A DNA stretch of 64,000 bases, from positions 12,026,420-12,090,419 of the forward strand of contig CM082578.2 in the NCBI GenBank assembly GCA_040954595.2, read 5' to 3'. Shown in pieces: positions 13,316 to 27,300 of this stretch (positions within the stretch are counted from its first letter, which is position 1; the number at the start of each line of letters is the position of its first letter). This DNA is from Balanoglossus misakiensis. Lineage: Eukaryota > Animalia > Hemichordata. A program made the translations under genes and the position numbers. Under the pieces are notes generated by a model, which was not told where the DNA came from, did not search any database, and saw only the letters and a program-made list of their open reading frames with translations.

Positions 13316-16300
13316 AATTGAACATATGACTTATTGATGAAACGTTGGCAGTAAAATGCAAAACAACATATCTTTGATGTAAACTGGAAATCCCACACGT
13401 GAGGGAATCCAACTGTGCTTGCAAAGAGCAACAAAACATGCAATAACCGCAGCGCTCTCTCTTCAATATAACATGCCGTGTATCATATTGAACCCACAAA
13501 TAACTACTTTTGTCTTGTCTACATGCCACATACCCGACTTTGATTGCAAAAAGACAACTTAATTAAACCACCATGCGGCGCTCTTTGAGTCGCATTGACA
13601 TGATAAACGTCACACACACAAAAATCCAAGTGGTCGGGGCTGGCATCGAGGTTATTTGTCAGATTGTCACGTACGGTACAACTACAAGCCGTGTTTATTT
13701 TCTCCAAAAAATATGTCGTTCAGAGACTATTATGTGTGAGGTTTTGTGGTTTTCCGTTTTTGTTATAAACAAATCAAGACGGAAAAGGTGTCGGCAACTT
13801 GAAGTTATTGAACCCATCATCTGATGATATATGGATCGCGCCTTGGGATTGGTTGGGAAACGCCAGGAAATCTTTTTACAGATTGTCTGGCTGTACACAA
13901 TTTTGAGCGACAAATCTCGACTCACCCATTAGTCTGATTGCCAAGATAAATGTCAGTGCTATTGGGTGTCTTCCTGTCGCGTATCATGTCACATGTTCAG
14001 ATAATATCATTGATGACAACAAATCGATGCATACCCTGAAAGTTTGAAGCTTAGGAATGCGGCATAATTGTACACTTTACGCATAGTATACACAGTTCAG
14101 TGTTTGTTGAAGCAATAAGGTTTTAGAGCCGATGGCCGAAGGCGCGGCTCACTGTACATCTTTCGTTTCTGTCGCATGCATCCCTGCGATACTAATTCGC
14201 GACCTGACTGGCAGGCGCTTTTGCGAGTTGCACGATAAGAAAATTGCACCTCCGAGGCAAAGTCTATCCAGGTATTCTAACTGCGCTGTGATGTGCATTG
14301 CGATTATGAACCATCCAAGTGTACGGGGATGCAATAACATCGGGCATCGCCTTACCCCTGGTTGAGTTATTACATTCGTCAGTCGTGCCCCGCCGCCGGG
14401 GATACGGGTCTTGGTGCACCGCAGATTTCGAACGTGTGTGCCGTGCGACACCATTTCGCCCGTGCCTCTTGCTGCGGCAGCGAGAGCATCGGGATTTGCA
14501 TGCGCTTTATTTTTCGACTACGACGTTTGTCCACTGCAGCTTCGAGCATGGCATCCTATTTGGGTCAACCATAATTATATATTTCCGAAGTAATATACAA
14601 TATGTTATTTGGAGGAACTGAGCAACCTGTAATATTTACAATGGGTAACTTTCCATATGTCTGCCCAACTGATAAAAAATATTGTAAATCTAGTTATTCC
14701 AAAGTAAACAATGAAAGATTCATATCATCTTACTTTGGATCTGATAAAAGCAAAAACAAATCGAAAGAAATGCCGTCTTACTGTTTACACAACTGTGTGC
14801 GCATTAATGCAAAGCTAAGGAATTGTTATTCTTGCCTTTATTTGACACAAATGTATAATATATCAATCGATACATGTTTAAGTAAAAGGGAAATTAAACT
14901 GTCAGACTGTGATTCAGAATCAGCGATGTTTGTGTTCTGTGCATTCCCAGTATGCGACACACTTATTATTTTCAAATTACATAAATGTAAAATGGCGAAA
15001 AAAATGCGGCCACGGGAATATCGTGTTATGCCCAATGTCTTACATCTGGACACGTTTATGGTGTCACGGTGGTCCGCGGTATGGACTGGTTTCGGTTAAC
15101 GGTCGTACAAAACGAATTTTCCTGTTTTGGTTTTTGTTTGTTTGTTTGTTACCAACATACCGTGCACCATCCAGCAAACAAGGTTCGCAACAGAGGACCT
15201 GGCCAATCAGAGACGGGCATGACAGGGCTAGACTCCTGCACGCAATCTCCGTGCGATCAAGCGAAAGAAACAATCACTTCTACGGGTAACACTTATGTAT
15301 ACACATGAGCTCGAAATGCAAAAAAGAAGGATTTCAACGATGTCTCTTTTCAAAGTCCAGCCAAGTTGGATGGACTTCGTCACTGTCTGAAAGAGCGGAA
15401 GTTAAAATGTGTCCCCGCGCAATCATCTTTTATTGTCGTGAAGTCTCTCAAAAACGTTATATCAAAGTTACATATATGACAGGCACTAAAAGCCATTTAT
15501 TGCTCTTACAATTTATTGTTTATAAAAAAGGAAAAATGCGAATCTTAAAATACTCCTTTTAAAAGGCTACTTTATAGGCATAACAGTTCACCTATTTGAA
15601 GACCGGGTTTTATTCCGTCACAAATGCAGAGAACGAGATTTGCATTTAAATCGCCTTTCAAATGCGCTTTACAAAACTATAATCGTAACCACTACGATTC
15701 GAATTTAATAGAAATACTGCTTTTTAATACATTATTTAATTTAGAATCGTAAAAGAAGCACGGCTCACAAAACGCTTTGTTGGGTCAATACCGAAAGGCG
15801 ACTGTCTCGCCTTATATTCCTGTTTTCATTACCACTCTGCCGAGTGTATGAGCTTTGGAAGGGCAAGAGCCTAATCATGATTGTACTAAGTTTGTTCATC
15901 TCTCAGGCCTTTCTGAATAGAAATTGATTTAGTATCAGTAACGACCTTCGCCCGCCGCCCTCCTCCAAACACCACGCGATAATATGAGGAAAAATCCTCC
16001 TTTAATGACAACAGCGAACCACTTATGTGTGTGTACATGTACGTGTGCGTGCGTGTCTTCGTCCAACGAATTCTGGAAATAAAATCTTTGAATTATGAGC
16101 GTATGCCGTTCATGAAAGATGGTAATAATAAAAGCCAAAACGAGCAGTATCCGACGAAGCGTTGATTATATTACCGCACTGGAAAGCGCGTCTGTGTTGT
16201 CATTTTGTGAAGGAAAAAAATGTGGCTGGGAGAAATTTACGATCACAATATAAGTGTACACCTTTCACGGATAATTTTACGCACACCTATTTGGTTTTAC

Positions 16301-16488
16301 TAACTGCAATATACTCGAAGTATGATTTTTACACGCTGCACATCATACCATGAAATTTATGTCATCGTATTGCACTCTGTGAGCATTTTTATGACAGATC
16401 ATTTACTCAGTACTCGGTGCTTAGACTATGAAATCACGGTCAACTAACCGGCGATGTTTTACCCTTTTCTTTTTGCTATATCACGCAG

Positions 16489-16571
16489 AGTCAGCCTGAT
16501 TTTGATCTGCCACCTTTATCTGCATCGCTTCCCCATGGACAGACAGACGTGCGGACTCCAAATAGAAAGCT
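16489..16571 (+). CDS. Cys-loop exon (83 nt)
   Basis: Pyrimidine tract...cacgcag|A GTC AGC...AGC T|gtaagt. Translates (R)VSLILICHLYLHRFPMDRQTCGLQIES, the C-x13-C signature with FPMDxQxC. 83 nt matches the equivalent GlyR/GABA-A exon as I recall it. Confidence 0.95.
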
Positions 16572-17761
16572 GTAAGTATTCCCCCAATTAATTTGTGTTT
16601 TTTTCTCTCTCTCTCCTGTGAGTACGACAATCAAGAAGTTGAATCCGATCACACGTGGCTTCCTTGCTAAATCAGAGTAATGCGTAATGCCGTCACAATG
16701 GATCCTGATTTGATTTCATTTAAAGGAGAAAGCGATGCCGCGGCTATCCCCGTCTTAACGCGCTGCGCAACCAGTCGGACTCCTCCCCTTCGCCACACTG
16801 AATAATCCCCGTCTATAGTGTTCCGTTCGGCGGGTCCCTTCCGAGTTCTGCGATATCGGAGACCTTTGGTATTTTCTAATAGCATACCGTTATTCATGGC
16901 CTAGTTATCAATATTGACGACTGAAATAGAGACACGATTTGTCCATTGCTGCCATTATATTAGCCAACCTCTTCACGCGATCGTTTCTACGAGGTTTCCA
17001 CGGAAACCGCGTTTAGCGTCAATTTGGCGCGGTTTATCGAAAGTGTCAGTAAGGAGGAGAGCGTCGGCCAATTAAACGATTTGAGCTGATAGTCCGAAAA
17101 TCGCTGTCCTTCAGTTCTTGAGCAATGAGCAGTATTAGACCTAAATGAAATAATATTATGCAGAGTTTTGAGGCTCCTGGTGCACGCATCTTTAATGATC
17201 CACAGCTCGGCAAGTGTATACATGTAGTTGCTGGAAGGAACAAAGGGTGGTTTTGATCCCCGGGCATATGTGATGATTTCTTTCATTTGAAGTTTAATTT
17301 TCCCGAGGAACCATAACACAGGGGTGGGGGGACGGGAGGGCGGACAAAGCCACTGGGAGTTAGGCGGTTAAAACTGCCGTTAAAGTCAACCCTCTAAGTT
17401 GGTGCGTTTCGCCAATGAGGTGAGCGGAATGTCACGCCCCTAGCTCCAGGGCAGAACGTCTGTTCATCGCATCATCATTCCACCGGTGGATTGCTACCCG
17501 GAGTAACGTAGAATTTCCCTACCGACACGGGCCAGCCGTTACTCCGCTATGTACTCACACAGTGGGAACGTGACACCTGAGTGTGCCATAAACCAGTTTA
17601 ACAAACGCAGCCTCACAGATATGAACTTTTAGCATTTCAAGGATTTTATGTAATTGGCTCGCGATTGCAGATTGTGCCGCAAGGGTTCCTCCGGCAATTT
17701 TCCTTCTGATGACATCTTAACACCTTTAACACAGCGGCCACTTCTGACAGGCATCTGGAAT

Positions 17762-17802
17762 GGGGAGAGGGGCGGAGAGAGAGGGAGAGTGGGAGAGGGA
17801 GG

Positions 17803-17850
<48 letters not shown>
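17762..17850. repeat. Purine-rich tract ending in a (GA)n microsatellite
   Basis: G/A-rich run followed by about 20 perfect GA units. Confidence 0.95.
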
Positions 17851-17852
<2 letters not shown>

Positions 17853-18720
17853 ACTGATTGATGACGTAATTCGTTTGACATTCATGCTGTACTGACCTTA
17901 CTCCTTACATCAATAATAATGAAAGTTTCGGCTCTCTCATTTTAAACCTGATAAATTTTTCACGCACCACTTCATGTTGCAAACTTGCCCCTAAAATTTA
18001 TGTTAACTTTATAAGCATCCCTCGACCATGTCATTCCAATCTATCTAACTGGGAGTGTAGATCTATGTTATGTTTTATATTTGCCCGCAAAATGCCAAAT
18101 GCAATCATAGTATGTTTTGTAACAACTCAATTTGCGATATTAAATGTAGAATAAAAATTCCCATGACAACATGAAATTCCCGGATGAAATAGAGTGACTG
18201 TATACCTTGCGGCAGTGATACGAGGTTTCTTATAAATTGTTAATACTAGTAGTAGTTCAAGATTGCTTCGCGCGTAATGCAATTGCGTGGCTGATATCGT
18301 GTTTTGGCCCTGATACAGTAAAGGTTCTTAATTGAGGAGGAAATACTGATTCCAGGTAGTCAGACTTTGTCAATCAGTGCTACAATGTGCAACAGACGTT
18401 AATAATGTTACCGATCACAGGTCCGGCTTAACATGCGCTAGGTGATCGAATTGCAAGGTCGTATTTAAGGCAAACCCCATGGGTACTTGTCAGCGATGTA
18501 TCCGCTTTCTGATATCAGGTATTTCTTTCATCTATTTTTAAAACGGGTCCGTGACAGGGAGGTGTTGACACACGATTTGTACTTGCTTTTCGCGAACCTA
18601 TAGTGTTTAGTTTCCCTTCGAGTTTTTGAAGACACGTTTGCGATCAGCAAGAAAATGCCACATAAAATGAAGTTTCGTCAGAAGAGTCTGAGTTATTAAT
18701 ATAATGCTATAGTTATGTGC

Positions 18721-18943
18721 TATGCGAGCCCGTAATTGACATGCATAATCGAGAGGAAAAAATATTTGCTTTTAACTTTTGCGCACAAGATACTATCTTG
18801 TGCTCACAAGAAACGTGCCATTTCGTGCTCAAAGAAAATTCTTGTGCTCATGAGAAACTATCGTGTGCTCACAAGATACTATTCTGTGTGTTCAATATGG
18901 AAAAAAAAATTGCTCTCAAATATGTCTCTTATAGACGTTCATA
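18721..18943. mobile_element. Degenerate MITE-like element with an internal palindromic minisatellite
   Basis: Internal units like tcttgtgctcacaagatacta repeat about 5 times (about 18778-18890). The ends 18721-18743 and 18921-18943 form a weak inverted repeat (14/23). Confidence 0.5.
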
Positions 18944-21072
18944 CTCAGACTATGACAACCCCTCGGTACGCTCTGAGGACAAAAAGGAACCGAAATAACA
19001 TATGAAAGGCAGCAATTTGGCATTCGACGGAGAAAGTGCAGTTCTGTATATATTCTGATGTGCTTAAAATCCCAATTACTATTCTTTGGTCAGGATGCGA
19101 CCTAGCTCAGCTGCCAGGAACGTTGAAGCGAAAACCACGAGGAATTAAACACGAGGCGATATTCATTGAAATCGAAACCGCATTGATTTTCGCACATTGT
19201 CGTTAGAGATAAGATGATTTCACATCACCAGCAATTTTGATACTCATCTCTGTTGCAATTGGAAGTAATGTGTTACAGGGAAATTCGGTATGCCGCAAAT
19301 GTTCAACAAGAGTCCTATCAGCATCAGAAATGTCTCCACGAGGGAGAAAAAAAAGTGTCGGGGGAATATTGTGCGTGTATTATGATTGAAAACTTCCATG
19401 CTCGAGTACAATTAGGTGGGGATTGGGGTTTTAATGAGTGTCCGGACACATAGGAATTGAGGGTTCGTTGACTCCCGCGGAATCACGTTTAAACCCCCAT
19501 TTGAAGGGATCGTGTGCGTATCAACGGCGATTTAATCTCGATAAGAGATCGTGTATAACATGTTCGCGGTTGACGCTGAAAAGTCGCCGGCATTTTGACA
19601 TTTTGAAGGCTTGGCTCCAGTTGCCCTTTTTTCAGATCGAGTGATTTTTAACGATCAGGCTTGGGAATAAAATATCCATCATGGTAAGACGCGCGCTTGC
19701 AAGTGCATCGAAAGATATGCATTTTCAAACAATCTCAGTTTCTATGTTTGCCCATCTCCAGTGAGACAAAGCGCTTGCAACTATTCATCGAGAGCCGTCA
19801 CGGTGACATAAGATTACGATTTCACGCATGCGCTGGACTAGTAACGGCCTTCGGTGCGATCCGCCCGCTGACCTTACAACTGACCTTGTCTTCAAATCGG
19901 ATTAACATTTGATTGAAAAAAAAATCAGGAAGCACGGGTCAATCCCCTGACGAATTTAGACTTCTGTTGCAAACTCATTACTGCATCGATTCGAAAATAC
20001 TTTCCCCATCAACGCTGTATGGGCGAGCTTTCTACCAGTCGATTTGGTTTTCAGACTTAGGCCTAAAGTTGAGTGTAATGAGCTACCTGTGTTAAGATTT
20101 CATGAGCACCATGTTTTTAGTTCGCCAGAAAGAAGTTGGTTGCATTTACACTACAGCGTATATAGCAGTTTAACTTTTGTTTTCAAGTTTCACTAAAATT
20201 GTGTTTCCCTGCCCTCCCGTTATCCAAAGTTCGGATTTTTTAAAGGAAGTACATGTATCAGGGTCCACAGAGCGGCGCGTTTGAAGATTTAGTCGGTTGT
20301 CTTGACAAGCTTGATCGATCGACTTTTATAAACGACCGACCATATCCCATTTACCCACGCTGTGCGAGCAATACTTTGTGGCAGAGCCGGGGTCGTTTAC
20401 CTGTCCGTCGACATCAAAATATCGAATGCGTGTCGGTTCACAGTAAAGTCGACGTTCAAGGAAGATTCTCCATTCGCGGTCGTTCCACTTTTGAGCGACC
20501 ATGTTGAATTCTAAATAGCGAAATGTTCTTCCCACACCGAAGAAGCTCTCTGATTATCTAGTGCCGTATTGGTAACAGAACACATTAGCTGGTCTTAGTA
20601 TCATTTCAAAGTTGAAGTTGCCCCCACTTTGTTTGTCTACACTTGCGGTGTTAGCTTTCTTGCATGGTATGCCATGCACTGCAAAAATCTTGATTGCTCC
20701 GTCATGAGGGACACGAACCGTAGGTAAACAGTATTAACGTTCCACGGTTGTACATCGTCCAGAGTGGATTGTCGACTGAACATAATCGCGAAGTACGTGT
20801 TTGACATCAACTCGTTAGCGCGGCTACTGCCAGGCTACTTTCACACACTCTCCCCTGATACCTAAAATCCCATATGCCTTAAGCCACATTTCTCATTATT
20901 AACACATTTCCCACTTTCCATTTAAACATTCAATTTCCGACGCCGTCCAGTTGATTTAAATGCCAATGAGGCCCATTTTCTAAGTCGCGGGTGTCGCTGA
21001 CATTTGTGTAACCGCGTGCGTGTTTCTCACTCCTACGTGGCTGTTTTCAACTCACCGAGAAAATGTCATCAT

Positions 21073-21332
21073 AATAAGTCACTTTCATGACCCCTATATG
21101 ACCCTACATCATTGTACTTCCGTTATTGTGGGGTTCTCAAAATCTTATATTTTGGGACAAGAAACGTGTAAAATCTTGCATGAAAAAGAGTCACCTTCGT
21201 ACTTCAGTACATAATTTATTCACTACAGCTGCAATTATGGAGTTTGTGTAGACGTTTTAGACAACTTGATGGGTATTACCAACGGAAGTACGAGGATATA
21301 AGGTCATGTAGGGGTCATGAAAATGGCCAATT
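21073..21332. mobile_element. MITE-like element (about 260 bp) with 52-bp terminal inverted repeats
   Basis: 21073-21124 matches the reverse complement of 21281-21332 at 43/52 positions by hand (core tttcatgaccccta..atgacc..gtacttccgtt). No coding capacity; family not assigned. Confidence 0.75.
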
Positions 21333-24300
21333 GAAGATTTCCATACTATTAGATCTCGGTCGGTGAAATCACGGTTGCAATGAAATCTCGTTCGGTTTCG
21401 TATCTGGGGTATACTTGTGTGACTTCTGATTGACTGAGGCAATTGCAGCGAACTGCATCATGTGACGAGCATGACACAGATTATACGCACAGTATTTAAA
21501 CGACGCGACCGGTATAGCACGCTGCGAAGTGGGCGATATGATGGTAAATTTTCGCGCCTATTTATACACAGAATTATATTCGTTTCGATAATCAACCGCT
21601 CTGGCACAATGCCGCCTCAGCCCAGACAGCTATAGTTAGTCGGGGCTTGGGACCAGTGAAAATGCCAAATGAAGCGTTTATCAACATGGAGTCTGCAAAA
21701 GAAATGAGCACCGCTGTGCCGCTTGTCAGTCATGATTTCGATCTCGTTGAAAACGTCATTTCGCCCGGCACAATCCACTTCAGGCTTCAACGCTGTGTAC
21801 TTGGCCGACTTTTACGGTCACTTATCAGAAATGATTAAATTCATACAAGATCAATCGATAGTTGATAAGAAACGCTTTAATGGCCGCGCGGTTTTTGTTC
21901 TGGATGATGCCGCCTATGTGGAGATGCAGACTACACCCACATTGTGCAGTCGCCTTTCACTTTTTTTTCTATTCGAGGAAAAAAATGTGATAAAATGAGA
22001 TTACCTGCCAGACAACTCAATAACATTTACCTGACGGAATCAGAAAAATATATACATATTCAAAGAAGGCGGAATGAAAGTAATGCCGAGAAGGAGTGTA
22101 TTGACTCGTGCAGATTGGCCCCCAGCTCTTATCGTACATAGTGAACGTGGACGCCGCACACATAATCACTGAACAGATATTTCCTATGCTTGATCAAAAC
22201 TGACGATACATTAGTCGCGAACTTTTACCTTTAAAATATCTTTTTTAAACCTACAGTGATGGATTTTCTTGTATTTGTTTAGTCTTACATCAGTCACCAT
22301 CTAACAGTTTCCACAACAGAATGTTTTTTTTTGCCATTCATTATTTTTCTTCAGTTTTCGTCTCTGCATTCAGATACTCTTTTTCACTGCGGGCTATACC
22401 TTGCACAAGGAAAGAGCAATGTGATAGAGTTGTTTCAAATTTAATCAACCGTGACCGTAAGTTAAAATGCTGAGGACAAAAAAAAGCGATGAAAGTGAAG
22501 GTCCCCTGCGGGTACAGCTACATCTGTGCGTTGGCATGAAAACATGTCTCTTTGTCGTCGAGGAGAGAGAGAGAGAGAGAGAAAACGAATTGATGACTAT
22601 CTTGTTTTGTGGTCATGCACGCGTTCCTCATGGATGAGAACCGCGTACATTAATACAGAGGAGAGGGCAGTTACACCAGTGGCTCTTCGGCAGAGCCATC
22701 TCCGTAATGCACCTTACTGCTGGAAGCACAAAAGAACATGTCGGATATAAGTAACCGGTCTTTGCCACTGGCAAAAGACGAAATCTCAGACAACCACAGC
22801 CCCTGTGGTATTCATCTGAGGTAAAAGATAAAATAAAATGCTTTTATCGGAAATTTTCTCAGAGTTTAGTGTACGTTCAGCTGCTGCGGACATAGTTTCG
22901 TTATAATAAGGAGGGCATTGCATCGGCGTAAAAGTTGAAGGTACTTTGTTGACGGGCCCCGCGCGAATCTTCATGGCGGTCCCTTGGTTCAAAATGGCGA
23001 CGGGAAAGTATTTACGGCATGATTTTATCATGGTCAGAAAAATGCCCGCGGTACACCGGATTGTTCAACGGAGAGTGTCGGTGTTTTGAATGAAACACTA
23101 AAGTCACTGTGAGCGATGTTAAAGTCTTACGCATGCTACCCGTATCTCTACATAAACGTTTCTTTAAAAGATTTTCAGGGAATTTTTGAAAACAGCAGAA
23201 GTGCATGACGGGAAAGCCCGCCATGATTATAAGGTCAATGGTTCTTTTATATGAATAAGCCCCTTATATTCTTAATGTTTTTGTACGCTGCGAGTTTGAA
23301 AATAAAGACAGAATTTCTCCATTGCCATGGGAACGAAACGAATTTTGACTGCACGAACATCCAAGAAAGTAGAGGCTTCAAAATAAGTGTCGTCGTTATG
23401 ACGCAAGCGATGGCCTCGTTATGGCATGTTGGTATAAATTCACGAGAAACAATGGCAGATAGCACTTTCCCAATGTATATATTTATTTACGCGTATGTAT
23501 TCTTCTCGAAGTACTCGACTTAAGCTTCTAGCAGAAGGAGAAGGAAAAAAAACGTCTCAAACTAAAAGCTTAATGAAACTCGAATTGATTGCACATGTGT
23601 CCATTTATCGTGAGCTCGTTTTCTGCGAGAGTGGAAAAAATCGGTTATTGTTGCGATCGATTGCCTGCGCAGCCAAAGCAATAAGGTCATCGCAGACAAC
23701 AAATATCAGTAATTCTCCCGCAAGAGCGCGGAATAGCTAAAATGCCAGCCTCGCTGCTGGAAAACGAATTGGATGTGAACTTTCGAACAGTCAGGGGCAT
23801 GTATAAAAAATGTCTCCGTAGAACGCGAACACGACTGGCATGTCTGATTGCGTCTGATATAGTGATGTGGGGTGGAGTGAGATACATTGGTAAAAGAATC
23901 ATAGTAGGTGAGCTTTGCATTAGTCGACGTGTCTACAAGGTATATATTTAACCGAGAGTATCACCCTTTTCATGAACACAGCTTTACTGGCATTAAGGCA
24001 AGCATGTGCAAATGAGAGTATACAATTTCCTGCACGCTTTAACTCATTCAGTAACGCACCTCCAGCAGACCACTAATCGCGGAATGTCTCCTATTCATAA
24101 ATCTGTCCAACGCACAAAGTGTGATATACAAGATAGGTTCAAAAGCTAATTGAGCTAATTCCGATGACGAGTGCAAGTTTCGTGTTCCACTTAAAAACTT
24201 CGACTATATCATTGTAAATTTTGCATATAAACTCTTGATTGATTTTCGCCAGTATCGCTTTGAGCTGTAGCAGACTGGTGTAGTGTGTAGGAGTGCGAGA

Positions 24301-27300
24301 AACGTAAAAGGCTAAATGCTCCTGGGTCTTCCCCCTCCCCCTCCCCCATTCCCCCACACACCACAACCCCGTACCCTGAGTTGTTAAAAACCATGCCTAG
24401 GGTAGGTACTGGCTATTGTAAAAACGAGGGATATAAAGAAGATCCTGACTAGCCAGATAAATGAGCAGAGAGGGAAAGGTCGAGCATCTCCGGTTAAAAC
24501 ATAACGTTAACATGATATAAAGCGAGGAGGTTAAACATCTTAACCCCTCCTATAAATTTTAGAAACACACTTAACTCTTGTCGACGGCAAATTTACGTAA
24601 CTGCATACTACTTGGCCAAGTCAAGAGCAATTTTCTCAATGACTTTGCTTCCTTTACATCGCCGTAAACAAATATTTTGTCGAACAAATTGCCGACATCA
24701 AGCCGTCAGCATATTGCAGAATTCCAACATTGCGTTTTGTGTCAATTTTCCCTTTACATGATATTTCATCAGTTTTGATGGTATTTTTACAGGGTAAACT
24801 AGGCCATGTCTTTCTCAGATCAACCTTGCCGGGTGTTTCACTTTAGTATTCCTCTTGAAAGTGTTCTTCGGTGGTAAACTTTCCGAAATCTCGTAGAACC
24901 TTTCCGCAGGTTGCTGTCTTGATGTACAGATAAAAGGAACGGTTTGTTTATTTTATTTCTGTGAAGAGATCCAGGGGTTTACGATCAAACGACGTGATGC
25001 AACCCCGATCGATCGATGCACCTTCAGACTGAGTAATAGATGGGACGTAATATTAACCAGGTTTCTCTAAACGTATACACTCAGCAGTGCTGGCGGTTTA
25101 TTCTGGTATCTTAGCATCCCTCGCGAGTTGAAGACATAAACATGGCGGAAGCTATCTGCACTTTCTCGACTTATCGAGGGACACGATGATAAATAACTGT
25201 TTTCCAACTGTGGGTGTTTAAAGTCCATCGACTTTACACGTTTCCATGCACCAAGGGTGCTCTGAAGTGTTTTTATCAACCTTACCGAGGACGACGTGTA
25301 GCATATTTTTACTGCCTGTCAGCGAAGGTCGCCCCAGAGTGCGAGGACTTGCATATGCACTGACAAAATGGTCTATTTATAATTAATAACGCTTAATAGC
25401 ACCGATGGCGGTATAGCGATTAATCATTTAGAAGGTCATTAATTCCTTTCCGCTGTGTTTTGTGTGAGCATATTTTTTTCCTCCTAAAATTTAACCAAAA
25501 CAACTCGGATCGTTGTATCATTCCATTCACGCGTGCTCGCCTGACACGCACTGAGTTGGCAGGGCGATAATCCGACGGGGCTGAAAGGGACCTCCTTCGG
25601 ATTAATATCTGTCCACGCGCTGACTTTTCAGGACTTCTCCTCGACGTCAAAGGAAAGGAAGTCGACGGCCGCCGCAAATCTCGGCCAGCAGACCGCGTCG
25701 TATAATGAGATCCTGCTAATGCAGGGTCCGGAACGCGCGCGTTTCCCTTTCCGAAGTATGAATTCCTAGCTGCTTAATTAGTTCTTCCAGACATGACGGG
25801 TGTCGCATACCGATGCTGCGCTTCTTCAAGTTGTCAAATTAAAGTACACATTATCCGAAGAAGAAAAGTCCGCGCACGTCGCGTGAACTTAAGGGGAAAA
25901 AATCTTCTAACCCCATTTTCATGATAGAAACATCACGACGGTCTGTCAAAAGTAATTGTCATTGACAAATATTCTGCAGGCAAGGATTACGCGTCATTCG
26001 GCACCTTTCAGCAATTTAATATACAAAATGCGCAAAATAGTCCGAACTCTCTTTTTTTCGACTTGTTTAAGATGTGGTAACCCCAAAACATTTGTCTAAG
26101 ACGCAAGCAAAAAGTGAAGGAAGCCATTGACCATGATAGAATTCTCGGGCACGCGGGATGAACGGCGCATCGGTAATACTTAATATGTATATGTGTCGTC
26201 AGGAAGGAATCGCAGTCATGCATGCATTATTTATACCTGTTGTAAATGGAAATATGCCGGCTATGGCGAATCGATGGACGGTTTAATAACGCCACAGTTT
26301 TGAAGAAGAAACCGAGACGTCTGACAGACTGACACGCGAGTAGGAGGCCGACCGAGAGGTCAGCGTGGCGGGTTACGCGGTAATGCGCCACACGGTGCTC
26401 ATCGAAGCCGTGCATCAGGGATGGCAATAATAGATGCAAACTACCTCTTTACTGAACAAGTAACTTTGTTATGTGTTTGTCCGGAATGCGTTCGCACATA
26501 TGCAAATTCATCGCGTAATTATCGTCACTCCAGGCATAATTACTGAAATTTAATTATCACATCGATTGCGATTGCAAGTTGATCATCATTTTGTTTTCAT
26601 CCGACCGATCCGTTTTAATTTGACCTATAGTATTTTGCATCTTGTTATTACAACAATTTATCGAATTTGCTGGTCACAAACTACTGTGACCTCGTTAGTG
26701 GTGAGATTTACCATCACATCTGGCAAAATGCGGATTTCCTAACCTTGCATTCATCGCAGACTGACTATTATGTGATTCGCGATAGTAAGAGGATTTTTTT
26801 CTGAATCCTTTTTTTTTTTTTTCGATTTTCCAATATTGTTCAGTTCCTCGCATCAAAAGACCTGGCCTCCTTTTAGCGCTGAAAAGAGTAGTTTGCGTAA
26901 TGCTCGTCTGGTGAAATTTCAGTGAACTCTTTAGAGTCCTGGTTTTAAAGAGTGTGCGTATAACACGGCTTTTCCCACGTTGCAGACGAGACATTTCTAT
27001 TCTGATTGCCTCGAATCGCACACAATTCCCCCACAGCTGCGACATCACGTTGCTGCAATGCTCGCTGAAAGACAACGCTGCACTCTCAGGGTCGTGAATT
27101 ATCCCCCGTTTTGAATCGGCTGCCGCAGACGAAAAAGAATAAAGAAACATTTATTTTTAATCAACAGCAGTGAAAGTAACGACAGTTATGAAAACCACAC
27201 AAAAAGAGCCCCGAACGTTTTACATTCACCTATCTGATCTTCGAGCCACGCAAAAGGGTGTGGCTGATCCGTCTTCCGCGGTGCAGATGCGATTGGCGGA

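Noticed and set aside
14602-15099. 165-aa plus-strand ORF and the other short intronic ORFs
   Set aside because: No recognisable homology or consistent splice structure; expected by chance in 50 kb.
15175-15286. Exon-like segment (ccag|...|gtaac) as the missing upstream channel exon
   Set aside because: No frame gives the expected W.D.RL, W.PD or G.V.YS motifs.
1-16488. N-terminal exons of the channel (signal peptide, loops D, A, E)
   Set aside because: Not found by manual scan; probably upstream of the window, although divergent short exons could have been missed.
18245-18292. Minus-strand hairpin plus CTAGT as a Helitron end
   Set aside because: The stem is short, relies on wobble pairs, and has no other support.
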